A DNA stretch of 64,000 nt. It comes from Smithellaceae bacterium (lineage in GTDB: Bacteria; Desulfobacterota; Syntrophia; Syntrophales; Smithellaceae). Below, piece after piece: positions 51,236 to 61,849 of this stretch. Both the position numbers and the translations under genes were made by a program. Location of the stretch: positions 2,144,001-2,208,000 of the forward strand of contig CAXXVL010000002.1 of the NCBI GenBank assembly GCA_963667845.2, read 5' to 3'. Under the pieces are notes generated by a model. That model saw only the letters and a list, made by a program, of their open reading frames with translations. It did not search any database and was not told the origin of the DNA. Position 1 is the first letter of the stretch; each line of letters begins with the position of its first letter.

Positions 51236-51685
51236 TCACGCCCTCACAATAAGCACGGGAATGCTTTTATCATTGTGGATAACACCATAGGAAACACTGC
51301 CCAGAACAGTGGCGGATAAAGCGCTCCGGCCGTGGGAGCCCATGACAAGAAGATCGGACTTGGATTTTTTCGCCTCTTTTACAATCACCTCCACCGGATG
51401 CCCCGTCTTGATCAAAATCGTCGAGGCAACGCCGTTTGTATCACACAGTTTCTTAATTTCTCCGGCGTAGCTTTCGGCAGCTTCTTTCAGATAATCCTCA
51501 AGGGGTTCTATCGTGTGCCTCGGTGTTTCCGACGCGGGAGCTGTCTGGGCGATAAGTGAGCGCTGATCAATAACGGAGAGGATAATAATGGAGGCTTTCA
51601 ATTGCGAGGCGAGGTCAACGGCATACTCGGCCGCCCTTTGAGCTGCTTTGGATCCGTCCGATGGTACAAGAATTTTTGAAATCAT
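51236..51685 (-). CDS. Universal stress protein
   Basis: KILVPSDGS; GHPVEVI...DLLVMGSHG...LGSVS. Confidence 0.92.
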   Translation of the reverse strand: MISKILVPSDGSKAAQRAAEYAVDLASQLKASIIILSVIDQRSLIAQTAPASETPRHTIEPLEDYLKEAAESYAGEIKKLCDTNGVASTILIKTGHPVEVIVKEAKKSKSDLLVMGSHGRSALSATVLGSVSYGVIHNDKSIPVLIVRA

Positions 51686-51776
51686 ATATCCTCCTTTGAT
51701 CGTCAAAAGAATAGTCAGGGAGCAGGATTCGCTTGATGAGAACCTGCTCTATTATTTCAGATGATGCGCAAGTCCG

Positions 51777-51911
51777 TCAGTGGATCAGCCCGAGAATGCC
51801 GATGATAATGAGATAAATGGCAACGATATAATTCAATAGTTTCGGGAAAATGAAAATCAATATTCCCGCGATCAGAGAAACCACCGGTTGCGGCGCTATG
51901 GCAAGTTGCAT
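51777..51911 (-). CDS. DUF3096-family small membrane protein (44 aa)
   Basis: MQLAIAPQPVVSLIAGILIFIFPKLLNYIVAIYLIIIGILGLIH; AAGGAG upstream. Confidence 0.85.
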   Translation of the reverse strand: MQLAIAPQPVVSLIAGILIFIFPKLLNYIVAIYLIIIGILGLIH

Positions 51912-51977
51912 GGTATCCGGTCTCCTTTCTCAGCTCCGAATGAGCCGGCATTTTTTCAATTTCAGGGCCTGTAATGC

Positions 51978-52178
51978 TCACTTGGGGCCGATTTCGATAT
52001 TTCCTTTACTCCTGCTGCTGGTAACCGCGAGCATGATGCCGATACCGATGGCAATCATGACCGCAATCAAACTCCATGCCGCACCGATGCTGGCCAGAAC
52101 ACCCATTTTCCAGAGCGCGGCCCCAATGCCGCCAATCAAAACAACATATCCGATAAGATAAACACCGGTCCATTTCAT
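51978..52178 (-). CDS. Small two-TM membrane protein
   Basis: MKWTGVYLIGYVVLIGG...; AGGAGG RBS. Confidence 0.7.
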   Translation of the reverse strand: MKWTGVYLIGYVVLIGGIGAALWKMGVLASIGAAWSLIAVMIAIGIGIMLAVTSSRSKGNIEIGPK

Positions 52179-52270
52179 GACAACCCTCCTGTTCAATATC
52201 TGGTAAACTCCATGCGTATTCCCGGAAGGGACCTTCCTGCGCATGACAAATATAATCATACAAATATGAT

Positions 52271-52286
52271 AGCAAGTAGTCTGCCA
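52271..52286 (-). promoter_or_regulatory. Sigma54 promoter (leftward)
   Basis: Minus strand TGGCAGACTACTTGCT. Confidence 0.85.
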
Positions 52287-52386
52287 ACAGCCCCAAGGAG
52301 AGCCGGTAAATTTGATTAATGATTTAATAACCGGTTCTTAGATCGGGAGGAGAGAACCACAGTAAGGCCTAAGCTGATTCACCAGG

Positions 52387-52420
52387 CCTCAATATGCGGT
52401 GGAACCTCAGTATATTGAGG
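52387..52420. promoter_or_regulatory. Conserved tandem enhancer-like motif, copy 3
   Basis: CCTCAATATGCGGTGG-AA-CCTCAGTATATTGAGG. Confidence 0.78.
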
Positions 52421-52517
52421 CCTGCCGTTGTTTCAGGTGATGCGGTTGTTTTCTGGGGGTCAACCTAATACTCTGTTGTTAGAGGAGTATTTCTGAATTT
52501 TGCTTTTTCCTATTGGA

Positions 52518-52533
52518 TGGCAAGCCATTTGCA
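52518..52533 (+). promoter_or_regulatory. Sigma54 promoter (rightward)
   Basis: TGGCAAGCCATTTGCA. Confidence 0.82.
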
Positions 52534-52696
52534 AAGATGTATTCCATGAAAAAGGAAAATATCTTTGTCCGCAGTTTTATGTTTGCCGCTTTTATGCTGA
52601 TTCTCACCTTTGTGGTCTGTGCATCGTCGCTCAAACGCGGGGGCACAATGCGGAGATAGATAGAAATCAGTTTACTTGACTTAAACGGAGAAGATC

Positions 52697-53914
52697 ATGA
52701 AAAGAAGGACAACAAATCCAGCCGCAGGATCGCCTGACCTCCAGATCACGCGGTCGGGCGATCAGGTTATCCGCTGCCTGTGGATAGCCCTGGTGATTTC
52801 GCTTTTGATAATGTCCCATCATCAATCTGCCCTGGCCCTTTCCGTCTCAGACCCTGCGAGCCCTGTCCCCGCTGCGGCAATGAAACTTGTCGGGTTCGGT
52901 GCTGATCCCAACGCCGCGCTGGATGCTCAGGCCATTGCTGCGCTTGTGGATTTTGTTCTCGAACCCAAGCCCAATAAGGAAGCCGAGCTCCAAAAAGTCC
53001 GGAAAGCCACGGGCGCCTATTATGAATTCGACACAAGGATCAATTTTTCCAGTTTCCTGCAATACGCCTACAACAGCCAGATCCCGTCGGTTCTTACGAG
53101 TCCGGCATCCCTCCGCTATTCCCTGTGGACAGGCGTCCGGGGGGAAATCCAAAAATTGCCCGTCAGCTGGAAACTGGTCTCGCCGAATTCCAAGCCTGTA
53201 ATCATTCGCGGATCAGAGCGTGATGGTATTACTCCGGATCTCACCACCGGCGTCTACTATGAATACAATCTGAAAAGAACGCTCATTCTTCTCAATTACA
53301 AGGGAAGGCAGGTGCTGATTAACATTTCCAACCAGATTGCCGTATCCGATGTAGGTAAAAAGGGTGTCGTTCTCGGGAATGATAATGATTGGAATTACTA
53401 TTACTCGAGCGAAACCGGGTCGGCCAAAACAGGTTTGGGCTGGATTAAATCATACATCTACGACTATTTTTCCGTGGGTGTTTATGTGGAGTCAGGCTCT
53501 TCGCCATCCGGGGTCAGATCCGGTACCTTTCAATGGATTCGGGCCGGATGGTCCGGAATCAATTTTGTCGAGACGAAGCATGTCATCTTGGGGATGAAGC
53601 GTCATGCTAATAATTTCAAAACAATCCTCGAGTCTCCAAAATTGCCCGCACCAAACCAGATTGCCTCGACGTATCAACAGCTCCTGGCTTCACCGCAGAA
53701 TGATTTACTGGAAAAATATACCGCCCTGCAGCAGGCGCGACAGTCCCTGGCCATTCAGAGCGGTCAGATCGAAAAAAGTAACACAAGAAAGACAGACTCC
53801 TATGCCCGCACACCGAAGGAACAAATCGTTGAAGAATTGATGCTGGAATATTTGAAAATCATTTTGGGCAAGACACCTCTTTTAGGGGAAAAAGTTGTAT
53901 TAGGGAAAAATTAG
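52697..53914 (+). CDS. Exported hypothetical protein (405 aa)
   Basis: Long ORF with GGAG RBS and hydrophobic signal segment; no family recognised. Confidence 0.75.
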   Translation: MKRRTTNPAAGSPDLQITRSGDQVIRCLWIALVISLLIMSHHQSALALSVSDPASPVPAAAMKLVGFGADPNAALDAQAIAALVDFVLEPKPNKEAELQKVRKATGAYYEFDTRINFSSFLQYAYNSQIPSVLTSPASLRYSLWTGVRGEIQKLPVSWKLVSPNSKPVIIRGSERDGITPDLTTGVYYEYNLKRTLILLNYKGRQVLINISNQIAVSDVGKKGVVLGNDNDWNYYYSSETGSAKTGLGWIKSYIYDYFSVGVYVESGSSPSGVRSGTFQWIRAGWSGINFVETKHVILGMKRHANNFKTILESPKLPAPNQIASTYQQLLASPQNDLLEKYTALQQARQSLAIQSGQIEKSNTRKTDSYARTPKEQIVEELMLEYLKIILGKTPLLGEKVVLGKN

Positions 53915-53984
53915 TCCGTTATCCCTTGACCGGTTTTGCCCGTCTTACCGGCCAGATCATCAAAATTTCTCTCTCGCCCTTTCA

Positions 53985-54623
53985 TCACCGTCTTTGGACA
54001 AGGCTGGCAATCAGCAACATCTCAAAGGAAACCTGATCCGCTTTGAATGCCGCGGCCTTTTTGCCTATTCTGATAATATTAATATGGTTAATGGCATCAC
54101 CTTGCCTGATGGCATTGACAACATCCTGTCCTTCTATCACGCGGCCAAAGACCGTGTGTTTGCCGTCCAGCCAGGGTGTTTTGGTATGCGTAATAAAAAA
54201 CTGAGACCCATTGGTGTCCGGACCGGCATTGGCCATAGATAATATGCCCGGGCCATCATGCCGGAGCGTCGAATAAATTTCATCGGGAAAAGTGTAGCCG
54301 GGTCCGCCCGTACCGTTTCCCTTTGGATCACCCCCCTGAATCATAAAATCCGGAACGACGCGATGGAACGTCAGCCCATCGTAAAAGCGGACGCCCTTTC
54401 CCCGGTTGGAATCCTTGGTGCCTTCGGCCAGACCGACAAAGTTTGTGACCGTCAGGGGTGTCCTCTCAAATTCCAGCTTGACGATGATATCCCCTTTAGA
54501 GGTCATTATTTTTGCGTAAAGCCCGTTGGGAAGCGGCGGATTTTCACCGGCAAGGCTCTGGGCCGCCGTAAATATAAAAAGTAAAAGGACCGCTATAAAA
54601 GAAAACCATCTCATCTGTTTCAT
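53985..54623 (-). CDS. Cyclophilin-type peptidyl-prolyl cis-trans isomerase (exported)
   Basis: [32 protein letters not shown] and [10 protein letters not shown] motifs. Confidence 0.95.
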   Translation of the reverse strand: MKQMRWFSFIAVLLLFIFTAAQSLAGENPPLPNGLYAKIMTSKGDIIVKLEFERTPLTVTNFVGLAEGTKDSNRGKGVRFYDGLTFHRVVPDFMIQGGDPKGNGTGGPGYTFPDEIYSTLRHDGPGILSMANAGPDTNGSQFFITHTKTPWLDGKHTVFGRVIEGQDVVNAIRQGDAINHINIIRIGKKAAAFKADQVSFEMLLIASLVQRR

Positions 54624-54671
54624 GCTTTTTCACCTCCTGAAATACCGGTTTTGTGTAACAAAACAGTGGCA

Positions 54672-56384
54672 CTATGCTGTCTTGAGACGTCCTTTTGCAT
54701 CAAGACAGTTCTTTTTCATGTCCCGCCACAACTTGATTCCCATGCTTCTATGCTCGCCCAGTATCTGCCTGAGCATGCCCCGCTCCGTGTTGGGGTTGAT
54801 GGTGACGGCGCGGAGCACGACGATCTTTCTTGGGGCGTATTTTGTGGACTCTATCTGGGTGCGCGATACGAACGACATATCATGATCACGGATGGTCTTG
54901 TGCAGTTCTATGTTCAGATCGTTGATCAGCGAGTTTATGGCGGTGATGCGCGCCGAGTTCTTTCCGGGATTCTTCATAAGCTTGCTAAGCCCGGATCTCA
55001 GCTCGTCGGGAATGAACCGGTAATTGATGATAAAGAGCTCAGGGGTGTTCATCAGTTCGAAAAGAGGATCCCGTTCGATGAATTTCACGAAGGTGTTTTG
55101 CAGGTCGCGCGCATGGTCAAACAGGAGCTTGTAGCCGGTTTTGCCGAAAATCTTGATGGATGCCCAGGGTTTGAGGCAGGCAAAAGGCCGTGAACCCTCA
55201 ATGGTGAATCTTCCCTGGTCCACGGAGCCTTTGCGGATGATGTAGTTTGATGTATGATACAGGAATCTGGAGTCATCCATATTTTTGAATACGCATATCC
55301 CCAGGCTGTTGGGAACGTAAAGGAGCTTATGGCCGTCCATGGTCACGGAGTCGGCCTTCTCGATGCCCCGCATCATCTCCCGCGCGCCATCCATCATCAG
55401 TGCTCCGCCGCCCCATGCCGCGTCCACATGGAAATGGGCGCCAAGCTCGTGCGAAATTTTAGCCAGAGCATCAAGGTCATCAATGTTGCCCGTCTCTGTT
55501 GTTCCGGCGATGCCGATGACGGCAGCGAATTTGGTTGGTTTCCCGGCGACCTTGTCTTCTTTTCTGATCTTTTCCACAATGTTTTGAAGTTTGCGGATAT
55601 CAATTTTATTGATGCCGGGTTGGACGGGAATACGGACGACCCCCTGATCGCCGATGCCGAGGATGGTGCCCGCTTTGCTGATCGAGTAGTGCCCGCGCCT
55701 GGAAACAAGGAAGAGTGCCTGTCGGTAACCGTAGTGATCAAGTGCGCTGGCGAGCCCTTCAGCCCGGATCCCCTTGAAGCCCTTGTGATCGGGTGGAAAC
55801 GCCTTGGCCATGGCCAGCGTCAGGCCCGTCAGGTTGGCGATTGTTCCGTCGGAGGTGATATTGCCCAGAGCAATTTTCGGGTTCTGGATGTTCTTCTTAT
55901 AAAAAGCAGGCGTGTTGTTATAGACGAGGTTATGAATCCAGCACAAAAATTCTCTTTCTAAAAAGGATGATGCCTTGGCGCTCTCGATCTTCACCTGGTT
56001 TTGGTTGAGGCTTACGGCAATCATTTCCAGCAGAATCATGAAATAGGGAACAGCGCTGGTCATGTGGCCGATATAATAGGGATTGGCCACCTTTACCGAA
56101 TGCTTGACAACATTACGTTTGATCTCGTCCAGGACATCTTTGATGAGATGAGGATGGTCGGGCATTTCGATGGTGTTGAAAATTTTTGCCAGACCTTCCA
56201 TGGAGATGGAAGAATGGATGCCGCCTTTCTCTTGAAAGAAATCGTGAATCAGGTCGATCAGATGAACGCCGAACTCCACAAATCTGTCCGACGAGTCGGG
56301 CATGATGAAGAGCTTCCGCATATACGCCGGAGTGCTTTCAATCGTTTTTTCTATTGTTTCTACGCCGAGTTTGAGTGACTCCAT
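54672..56384 (-). CDS. panP: Group II PLP-dependent decarboxylase, PanP-like aspartate 1-decarboxylase
   Basis: GHMTSAVPYF, LNQNQVKIE, GTTETG, HVDAAWGG, PLP-Lys in DGHK and EGSRP. Confidence 0.78.
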   Translation of the reverse strand: MESLKLGVETIEKTIESTPAYMRKLFIMPDSSDRFVEFGVHLIDLIHDFFQEKGGIHSSISMEGLAKIFNTIEMPDHPHLIKDVLDEIKRNVVKHSVKVANPYYIGHMTSAVPYFMILLEMIAVSLNQNQVKIESAKASSFLEREFLCWIHNLVYNNTPAFYKKNIQNPKIALGNITSDGTIANLTGLTLAMAKAFPPDHKGFKGIRAEGLASALDHYGYRQALFLVSRRGHYSISKAGTILGIGDQGVVRIPVQPGINKIDIRKLQNIVEKIRKEDKVAGKPTKFAAVIGIAGTTETGNIDDLDALAKISHELGAHFHVDAAWGGGALMMDGAREMMRGIEKADSVTMDGHKLLYVPNSLGICVFKNMDDSRFLYHTSNYIIRKGSVDQGRFTIEGSRPFACLKPWASIKIFGKTGYKLLFDHARDLQNTFVKFIERDPLFELMNTPELFIINYRFIPDELRSGLSKLMKNPGKNSARITAINSLINDLNIELHKTIRDHDMSFVSRTQIESTKYAPRKIVVLRAVTINPNTERGMLRQILGEHRSMGIKLWRDMKKNCLDAKGRLKTA

Positions 56385-56675
56385 ATTCAGAGGCTCTTCC
56401 TTCCCTGAGCGGTAAAGATTACCTATACCATAACGCAGACATTGGTAAAGAGGAGAATGTATTAAAAGTTTCCGGATAGATCGACGTTGAGTCAGCAGGC
56501 CCGTTGTCAGTTGCGTAATTTAAGGGGAGAGGTGCAATTATTTCACGCTGCAAGCGGCCGTGCAGTCCATGATAGGTTCAGTTCATTAACCCTTTGCATA
56601 GCTGTAGATTTCCTCGGAGGATGCCCGCTGCCGAATTCGAATCTCCCCGCCGCAAGCAGCGGAGAAGGCCTGGGG

Positions 56676-57752
56676 CTAAAATATCCGCGTTTCCCCAAAT
56701 TTCATGATCAGGAAGGAATCGTCGGCCAGGGAGGTCTCTTTCATGGCTTTTTTCAAATAAAGGGGCGGCTCACCGAGCGGTTCGTCGGTTATGTAAAAGG
56801 TTCCCCAATGCATGGCAATGGATTGCTGGGCCTGCAGATCCTTGTGGGCGGACACGGCGTCCGGCGGATCCATATGGATGGTCTTCATGAACCAGCGCGG
56901 CCGATAGGCTCCGATGGGCAGGAACGCCACGCGCATCGGTCCCAGCCTTTCCCTGATTTCCTTGAAATGGGGAGAGTATCCCGTATCACCGGCAAAGAGT
57001 ATCTTCGCGCGTTTCGTCTCCAGGACCCATCCCGCCCAGAGCGTCTTATTGCCGTCAAGAGCGGTTCGCCTGGAGAAATGCTGGCTCGGTATGGACACAA
57101 TGCTGATGCCTTTGAACATCGATGAATCCCACCAATCCATCTCCACATAGTTTGTAATCTTCTGATCAAGGAACCACTGTCCAAGCTTCAGAGGAATAAA
57201 ATACTTTGGCGAGTTTCCCAACTTTTTAACCGTGAATAAATCGAGATGATCATAGTGATTGTGACTGATGAGAACGGCATGGATCGGCGGCAGGCGATCA
57301 AAAGGTATCCCGGGAGGACTCCTCCTTGCGAAACCTATGCCCAGCGGCGATGATCTGCTGTTGAAAATGGGATCCGTTAAAATATTGATCCCCTCAACCT
57401 GGATTAGGAACGTCGAATGGCCTATCCAGGTAACTTGTATTTTAGCCGGATCGGGATGATCAATCCGCCGATAATCCGGCGCGACAATATCCGGCACATA
57501 GGGGATTATCTGGGCAGGAGGAATGGCCGGTTGTTCATCAGGGACACGCCCCAGTTTCCAACGCAGAAAATCCGCGAATCCGTGTTCCGGATACTGATAA
57601 ATATTGCGAAAACCATCCAGGGTATGATGCGCAGGTGTCTTCTTTTGCTGCGGCGTTTCCGCCACCTGAGCCGCGTTGACGGTCAGGGAGCCACCCGCCA
57701 GAAGTGCCGCAAGAAACAAAATAAAAATAACGTGTCGTTTGATTGTTCTCAT
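56676..57752 (-). CDS. MBL-fold metallo-hydrolase (NAPE-PLD/RomA-like), exported
   Basis: TWIGHST, ILTDP, SHNHYDHLD, FAGDTGY, PIGAY and MHWGTF motifs. Confidence 0.9.
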   Translation of the reverse strand: MRTIKRHVIFILFLAALLAGGSLTVNAAQVAETPQQKKTPAHHTLDGFRNIYQYPEHGFADFLRWKLGRVPDEQPAIPPAQIIPYVPDIVAPDYRRIDHPDPAKIQVTWIGHSTFLIQVEGINILTDPIFNSRSSPLGIGFARRSPPGIPFDRLPPIHAVLISHNHYDHLDLFTVKKLGNSPKYFIPLKLGQWFLDQKITNYVEMDWWDSSMFKGISIVSIPSQHFSRRTALDGNKTLWAGWVLETKRAKILFAGDTGYSPHFKEIRERLGPMRVAFLPIGAYRPRWFMKTIHMDPPDAVSAHKDLQAQQSIAMHWGTFYITDEPLGEPPLYLKKAMKETSLADDSFLIMKFGETRIF

Positions 57753-57880
57753 CGTAAAGCGTGTCTGCCTTTGATTATTCCTGCTGTTATGGAATATTCC
57801 TGAAAATAGTTGCCGGTTTGGAGAATGACCAGGAATTGAAAGTTTATTTCTACATTAGCAAGCCGATTTTCGGTGATGTT

Positions 57881-59272
57881 TTATAACCAGCGGTGCAACA
57901 AGTGTGCAGCCGCCTCTTTCATCTTTTGCGATAAAGGCCTTTTTTCCCACTCCTCCTTTAGAATCTGATCGGATTGGGCGAGGTCACTTACAAACATGCG
58001 CTCCATTTCTGCCGCAAACTCACGATTCAGGACAACCGCGTTCACCTCATCATTACTCAAGAGACTCCAATAGTCAAGGTTTGTGGAGCCGACCGTCGAC
58101 CAGATGCCGTCGATGACCGCCGTTTTCGCGTGCAGCAGGACGGTGCGGCGTTCATAGATATTCACCCCCGCTTTCAGAAGTTCGGCATAATTATGCCGTG
58201 CTGCGCTTAAGACCAGTGACGAATCGGTGGTTGAGGGGAGAATAATTTTGACGTCAACGCCGCGCCGGGCAGCATCCTTGAAGGCATCCAAGATCTGATC
58301 GTCCGGGATAAAGTACGCATTGGTCAGATGAATGGAATGCTCCGCATACGTAATGGCGGCCGCATATGCGATAAACGTGATTCGGTTGTCAGTGCCGGGT
58401 GTACTGCCCACGATACGCACCAGGGCTTTTCCGCTTTCTTTCAGATCCGGTAAATAGTTGTGCCCGGCAAGTGCCGGTCCCTTCTGCCGGGTCCAGGTTT
58501 CTAAAAAAAGTTTTTGGACTTCAATGACAGCAGGTCCTTCAATTTGAAGATCCGTATCACCCCAGGTCAGAGACTCTCCCTTGGCTCTTTTTCTTCCCGA
58601 AAGCCTGCCCGAGTAGACGCTGCTGATATTGATGCCTCCGATGATGGCGACTTTGCCGTCAACAATCAAAATCTTGCGGTGGTCCTGGCGCATCAGGAAC
58701 CAGCTTCCGGGAGCCTTGAACGGGCTTACCGGATTGAATTCGACGACCTGAATTCCCCCGTTCCTCAGGCGTTTGAAAAAAGATTCGGGCGTTGTGATGC
58801 TTCCCACACTGTCGTAAATGATGTTGACCTGAACGCCGTCGGCCTGTTTTTTCAAGAGCAGGGCGGTAAATTTAGCGCCAATCTCATCATCTTCGATAAT
58901 GAAGGTTTCGAGGTTGATATGGTCTTTGGCATTCCGGATGGCTTCGAACATTGCGGCATAAGTAGCCGGACCATCAATCAGCATGGAAACTTTGTTTCCC
59001 TTGGTCAGCGGGCTTTCCGTAACCGATTCGACAACGGCCGTGTAGCGCTCCAGCAGGTCCGTCGGGTTGACCGATTTCTTCAGACGCTCCATGATGGCCT
59101 GGCTTTTTTGGGGGGACAAAAGCCCTTTCGAGGAAACGATCTGGCGAGGTTGCTCATCCGTTTGCGCCTTATCCATCTTGTCCGATACATTCGGCAGGGT
59201 TGCACATCCATGGCCCAGAGCCAAGACGGATGCGAACAAAAAGAACAAAAAAACCAGTTTGAGGATTTTCAT
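57881..59272 (-). CDS. cls: Cardiolipin synthase-like phospholipase D family protein
   Basis: Two HKD motifs (DHRKILIVDG, HAKTAVIDG), NAYFIP and VGSTN; possible lipoprotein signal. Confidence 0.88.
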   Translation of the reverse strand: MKILKLVFLFFLFASVLALGHGCATLPNVSDKMDKAQTDEQPRQIVSSKGLLSPQKSQAIMERLKKSVNPTDLLERYTAVVESVTESPLTKGNKVSMLIDGPATYAAMFEAIRNAKDHINLETFIIEDDEIGAKFTALLLKKQADGVQVNIIYDSVGSITTPESFFKRLRNGGIQVVEFNPVSPFKAPGSWFLMRQDHRKILIVDGKVAIIGGINISSVYSGRLSGRKRAKGESLTWGDTDLQIEGPAVIEVQKLFLETWTRQKGPALAGHNYLPDLKESGKALVRIVGSTPGTDNRITFIAYAAAITYAEHSIHLTNAYFIPDDQILDAFKDAARRGVDVKIILPSTTDSSLVLSAARHNYAELLKAGVNIYERRTVLLHAKTAVIDGIWSTVGSTNLDYWSLLSNDEVNAVVLNREFAAEMERMFVSDLAQSDQILKEEWEKRPLSQKMKEAAAHLLHRWL

Positions 59273-59416
59273 CGGTTTATCCTATTAAATAAAATTTCAT
59301 GGCCATCGTTGATAAGGCGAGTTGCCTATTTCAATTTCATGCTTAAACTAAGCATAATCATTGATCGTGAATTGAAAAGAGTCCCGGCCAAGGTGTTGGT
59401 AAGGGAAAGGCAGCAA

Positions 59417-60403
59417 ATGAAGCAAATGAAGTCCGTCCCCAAAGCATTTAAACCGCTTTCCCGGACGTTAAAATGGTTGCAGCGGTTCAGTCCAAAACGC
59501 AGATATCGCCAGATGCCGGCCGGTTCTTTTTCTAATCGGTTGCCCGGTACCGGTTTGAATATCAATATTATGAGTTTTAATATCCGGCGCGGAACAAAGC
59601 AGGATGGCAAAAATCACTGGATATTCCGCCGTGATCTGGTGAATGAGATCCTGAGGCACTATCACCCCGATGTCCTGGGCCTGCAGGAAGCTCTGGATTT
59701 TCAAATTGCCGAAATCCGCGCCATGCTTCCCGGGTATGAGATGGTCAACATCATCAGCTCGGGCGACAATAAAGTCCTGCACAACGCCATCTTTTACAAT
59801 GCGGCGCGTTTCAATATTTCTGAAGAAGGGACTTTCTGGTATTCGGACACCCCCGATAATCCGGGATCTAAAGGGTGGGGGAATATCATGCCGAGAAACT
59901 GTACCTGGGCGCGCCTGATTGAAAAAGAATCCGGACGGGCTTTTTATTTCTATAATACCCACCTGAATCACCTTTCGGAACGTTCACGGAAGAAAGGCGT
60001 TATCCTTTTGACCCGGCGCATTCAGGCACGGTCTCATCCGGACGCTTTCGTCTTAACCGGTGATTTCAATGCCACAGAAAAGAGCGTGCCGATAAAATAT
60101 TTAACGGGCAGAGCTCTCATCAACACCAAAGCGGAAGGAAAGGTGCAAAACCCCACCCCTTTAATGGACACTTTCCGGGTGCAGTACCCGCATCATCGCA
60201 ATGCGGCCACCTTCCATGGGTATCGGCGGTTTCTTTTCCGTTTCAAGCTGGACTATATTTTTGTTCCGTCCACCGTCAGCGTGCAGGATGCGCAAATCAT
60301 TCAACTGCGGCAAAAGAGGCGCTACCCCTCCGATCACTTTCCGCTTTTTTCGCACATTCATTTTCCGGAAGCATTGTCTGACCCCATTCATCAGGCTCAT
60401 TAA
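59417..60403 (+). CDS. Endonuclease/exonuclease/phosphatase (EEP) family protein
   Basis: MSFNIR, DVLGLQE, NTHL, GDFN, LDYIF and SDHFP motifs; start trimmed from the 58514 ORF. Confidence 0.88.
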   Translation: MKQMKSVPKAFKPLSRTLKWLQRFSPKRRYRQMPAGSFSNRLPGTGLNINIMSFNIRRGTKQDGKNHWIFRRDLVNEILRHYHPDVLGLQEALDFQIAEIRAMLPGYEMVNIISSGDNKVLHNAIFYNAARFNISEEGTFWYSDTPDNPGSKGWGNIMPRNCTWARLIEKESGRAFYFYNTHLNHLSERSRKKGVILLTRRIQARSHPDAFVLTGDFNATEKSVPIKYLTGRALINTKAEGKVQNPTPLMDTFRVQYPHHRNAATFHGYRRFLFRFKLDYIFVPSTVSVQDAQIIQLRQKRRYPSDHFPLFSHIHFPEALSDPIHQAH

Positions 60404-60449
60404 TGGCGCATCAGCCAATCACTTTAAAATATTCTGCGGGAGATACAAT

Positions 60450-61745
60450 ATGTTAAAAGAATTTTTAAGAAAGTTCTCTTTTTTGATCCTGAGTATACTC
60501 CTTGTCAGTTGCGCCGCTCAAAAATCCGTAACCCCGGCGAACGTCGCAGACGTCAATGCGTCATTGAATTCGAGCCGGCCGGTCCCCGGGGCCGATAGGG
60601 TTATCGCTGAAAAACCAGGTGCCGGTCTCGCGGTTCAAGCTGTTGAAGTTGAAAAAGGGGTGAAGCCCGTAAAAGAAACCGGCAAAGCTTCAGGAGAAAC
60701 GGTCGTATCCAAAGCCCAGCCGGCGCCGGAAAATGTTTCCATCGCGCTTACTGTCCAATTTGATACCGGCAAAGCAAACATCAAAGCAAAGTATCACGAT
60801 GACCTTAAGCGCGCTGCCGTCCTGATGGAAAAATACCCCTCGGCGGCGGCGGTGATTGTCGGGCATACCGACAATGTCGGCAGAGAAGCGGTCAATGTTA
60901 AACTTTCCTACCTTCGCGCCGCCAATATAAGATCATATCTGGCCTCGAACTTTGGAATCGACCGTTCGCGCATCAAGGTGATCGGGTACGATGATCAGAA
61001 ACCCATCGCCGAAAACAAAACAGCCCGGGGAAGGCAGGCAAACCGCAGGGCTGAAATTCATATGGATGCTCAGACTCCCGGGAAAAGTTTATTCTCATAT
61101 TTTGACGATTCCGATTTTCCGAAAGGCGGCTTTTCGATAGTGAATCAGGAATCAATCGATGCCAAGGTTAAATCTTTTGAAGGGAAAGAAGGCACCGCAG
61201 ATCATTTATCAAGAATGGTTAAAGCGCCCACGCTGGAACTTTATAAAATGTGGGGCGGTGTTTTTTCTCACTGTGCCATTCGTATCGAAACAGATCCGCA
61301 CTCATTTTATCAGATCGAGCTGCAATCGCTGCCTGATTTGCAAAAAGCAGGCATGAAAGATTATCACCGGATAGATGCTGCAATCGCTCTATTCGGCGCG
61401 ATCAAAGATCAAATGGATGTCGTGGAATTTACCGACAAAGATGAACGGAAAAAATTGGACCCTAAAGAACCCCCTTATGCAACCATGCCGATTTGTGTTG
61501 AAAAACAATCCGCCGTGAAATCAACCCGGTGGTATCAGGATTGCCTGAGTAGCTATGCGGGAAGTTACAATCCTGAGCACATGTTGAAAGCAGGAAAACG
61601 GACAAAGGTATTTGAATATAATCCGGTAACCCACAATTGCTGCAACTTTGCCGAAGAGGCGCTGAAAGCCTGTGGACTGGCGCATTGTTTTGATCTGGGG
61701 AAAAGCACCGGCCTCGATCACAAAACCGGCCCGCTGGAAGAATAG
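60450..61745 (+). CDS. OmpA-C domain lipoprotein with a C-terminal Cys/His (permuted papain-like) domain
   Basis: Lipobox LVSC; VQFDTGK, VGHTD, LS..RA and NRRAEI (OmpA-C); C-terminal SHCAI...YNPVTHNCCNF. Confidence 0.8.
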   Translation: MLKEFLRKFSFLILSILLVSCAAQKSVTPANVADVNASLNSSRPVPGADRVIAEKPGAGLAVQAVEVEKGVKPVKETGKASGETVVSKAQPAPENVSIALTVQFDTGKANIKAKYHDDLKRAAVLMEKYPSAAAVIVGHTDNVGREAVNVKLSYLRAANIRSYLASNFGIDRSRIKVIGYDDQKPIAENKTARGRQANRRAEIHMDAQTPGKSLFSYFDDSDFPKGGFSIVNQESIDAKVKSFEGKEGTADHLSRMVKAPTLELYKMWGGVFSHCAIRIETDPHSFYQIELQSLPDLQKAGMKDYHRIDAAIALFGAIKDQMDVVEFTDKDERKKLDPKEPPYATMPICVEKQSAVKSTRWYQDCLSSYAGSYNPEHMLKAGKRTKVFEYNPVTHNCCNFAEEALKACGLAHCFDLGKSTGLDHKTGPLEE

Positions 61746-61849
61746 CGCTGCCCGGTTTTTTGACAAAGCGGCCTCGAGCGCCGTCTATTGGTTGGCAGGG
61801 GTCCGGGGTTGTGCGGCTTACATCTCTGCCTGTCTTTGCCCGACGGCGA

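Noticed and set aside
52546..52659. 37-aa hydrophobic ORF right after the rightward sigma54 promoter
   Set aside because: Starts at about the predicted TSS with no RBS and no recognisable family; cannot be supported.
58514..59416. N-terminal 300 aa of the 629-aa EEP ORF
   Set aside because: It is antisense to cls; EEP motifs begin only after 59417, so this is open-frame carry-over rather than a fusion.
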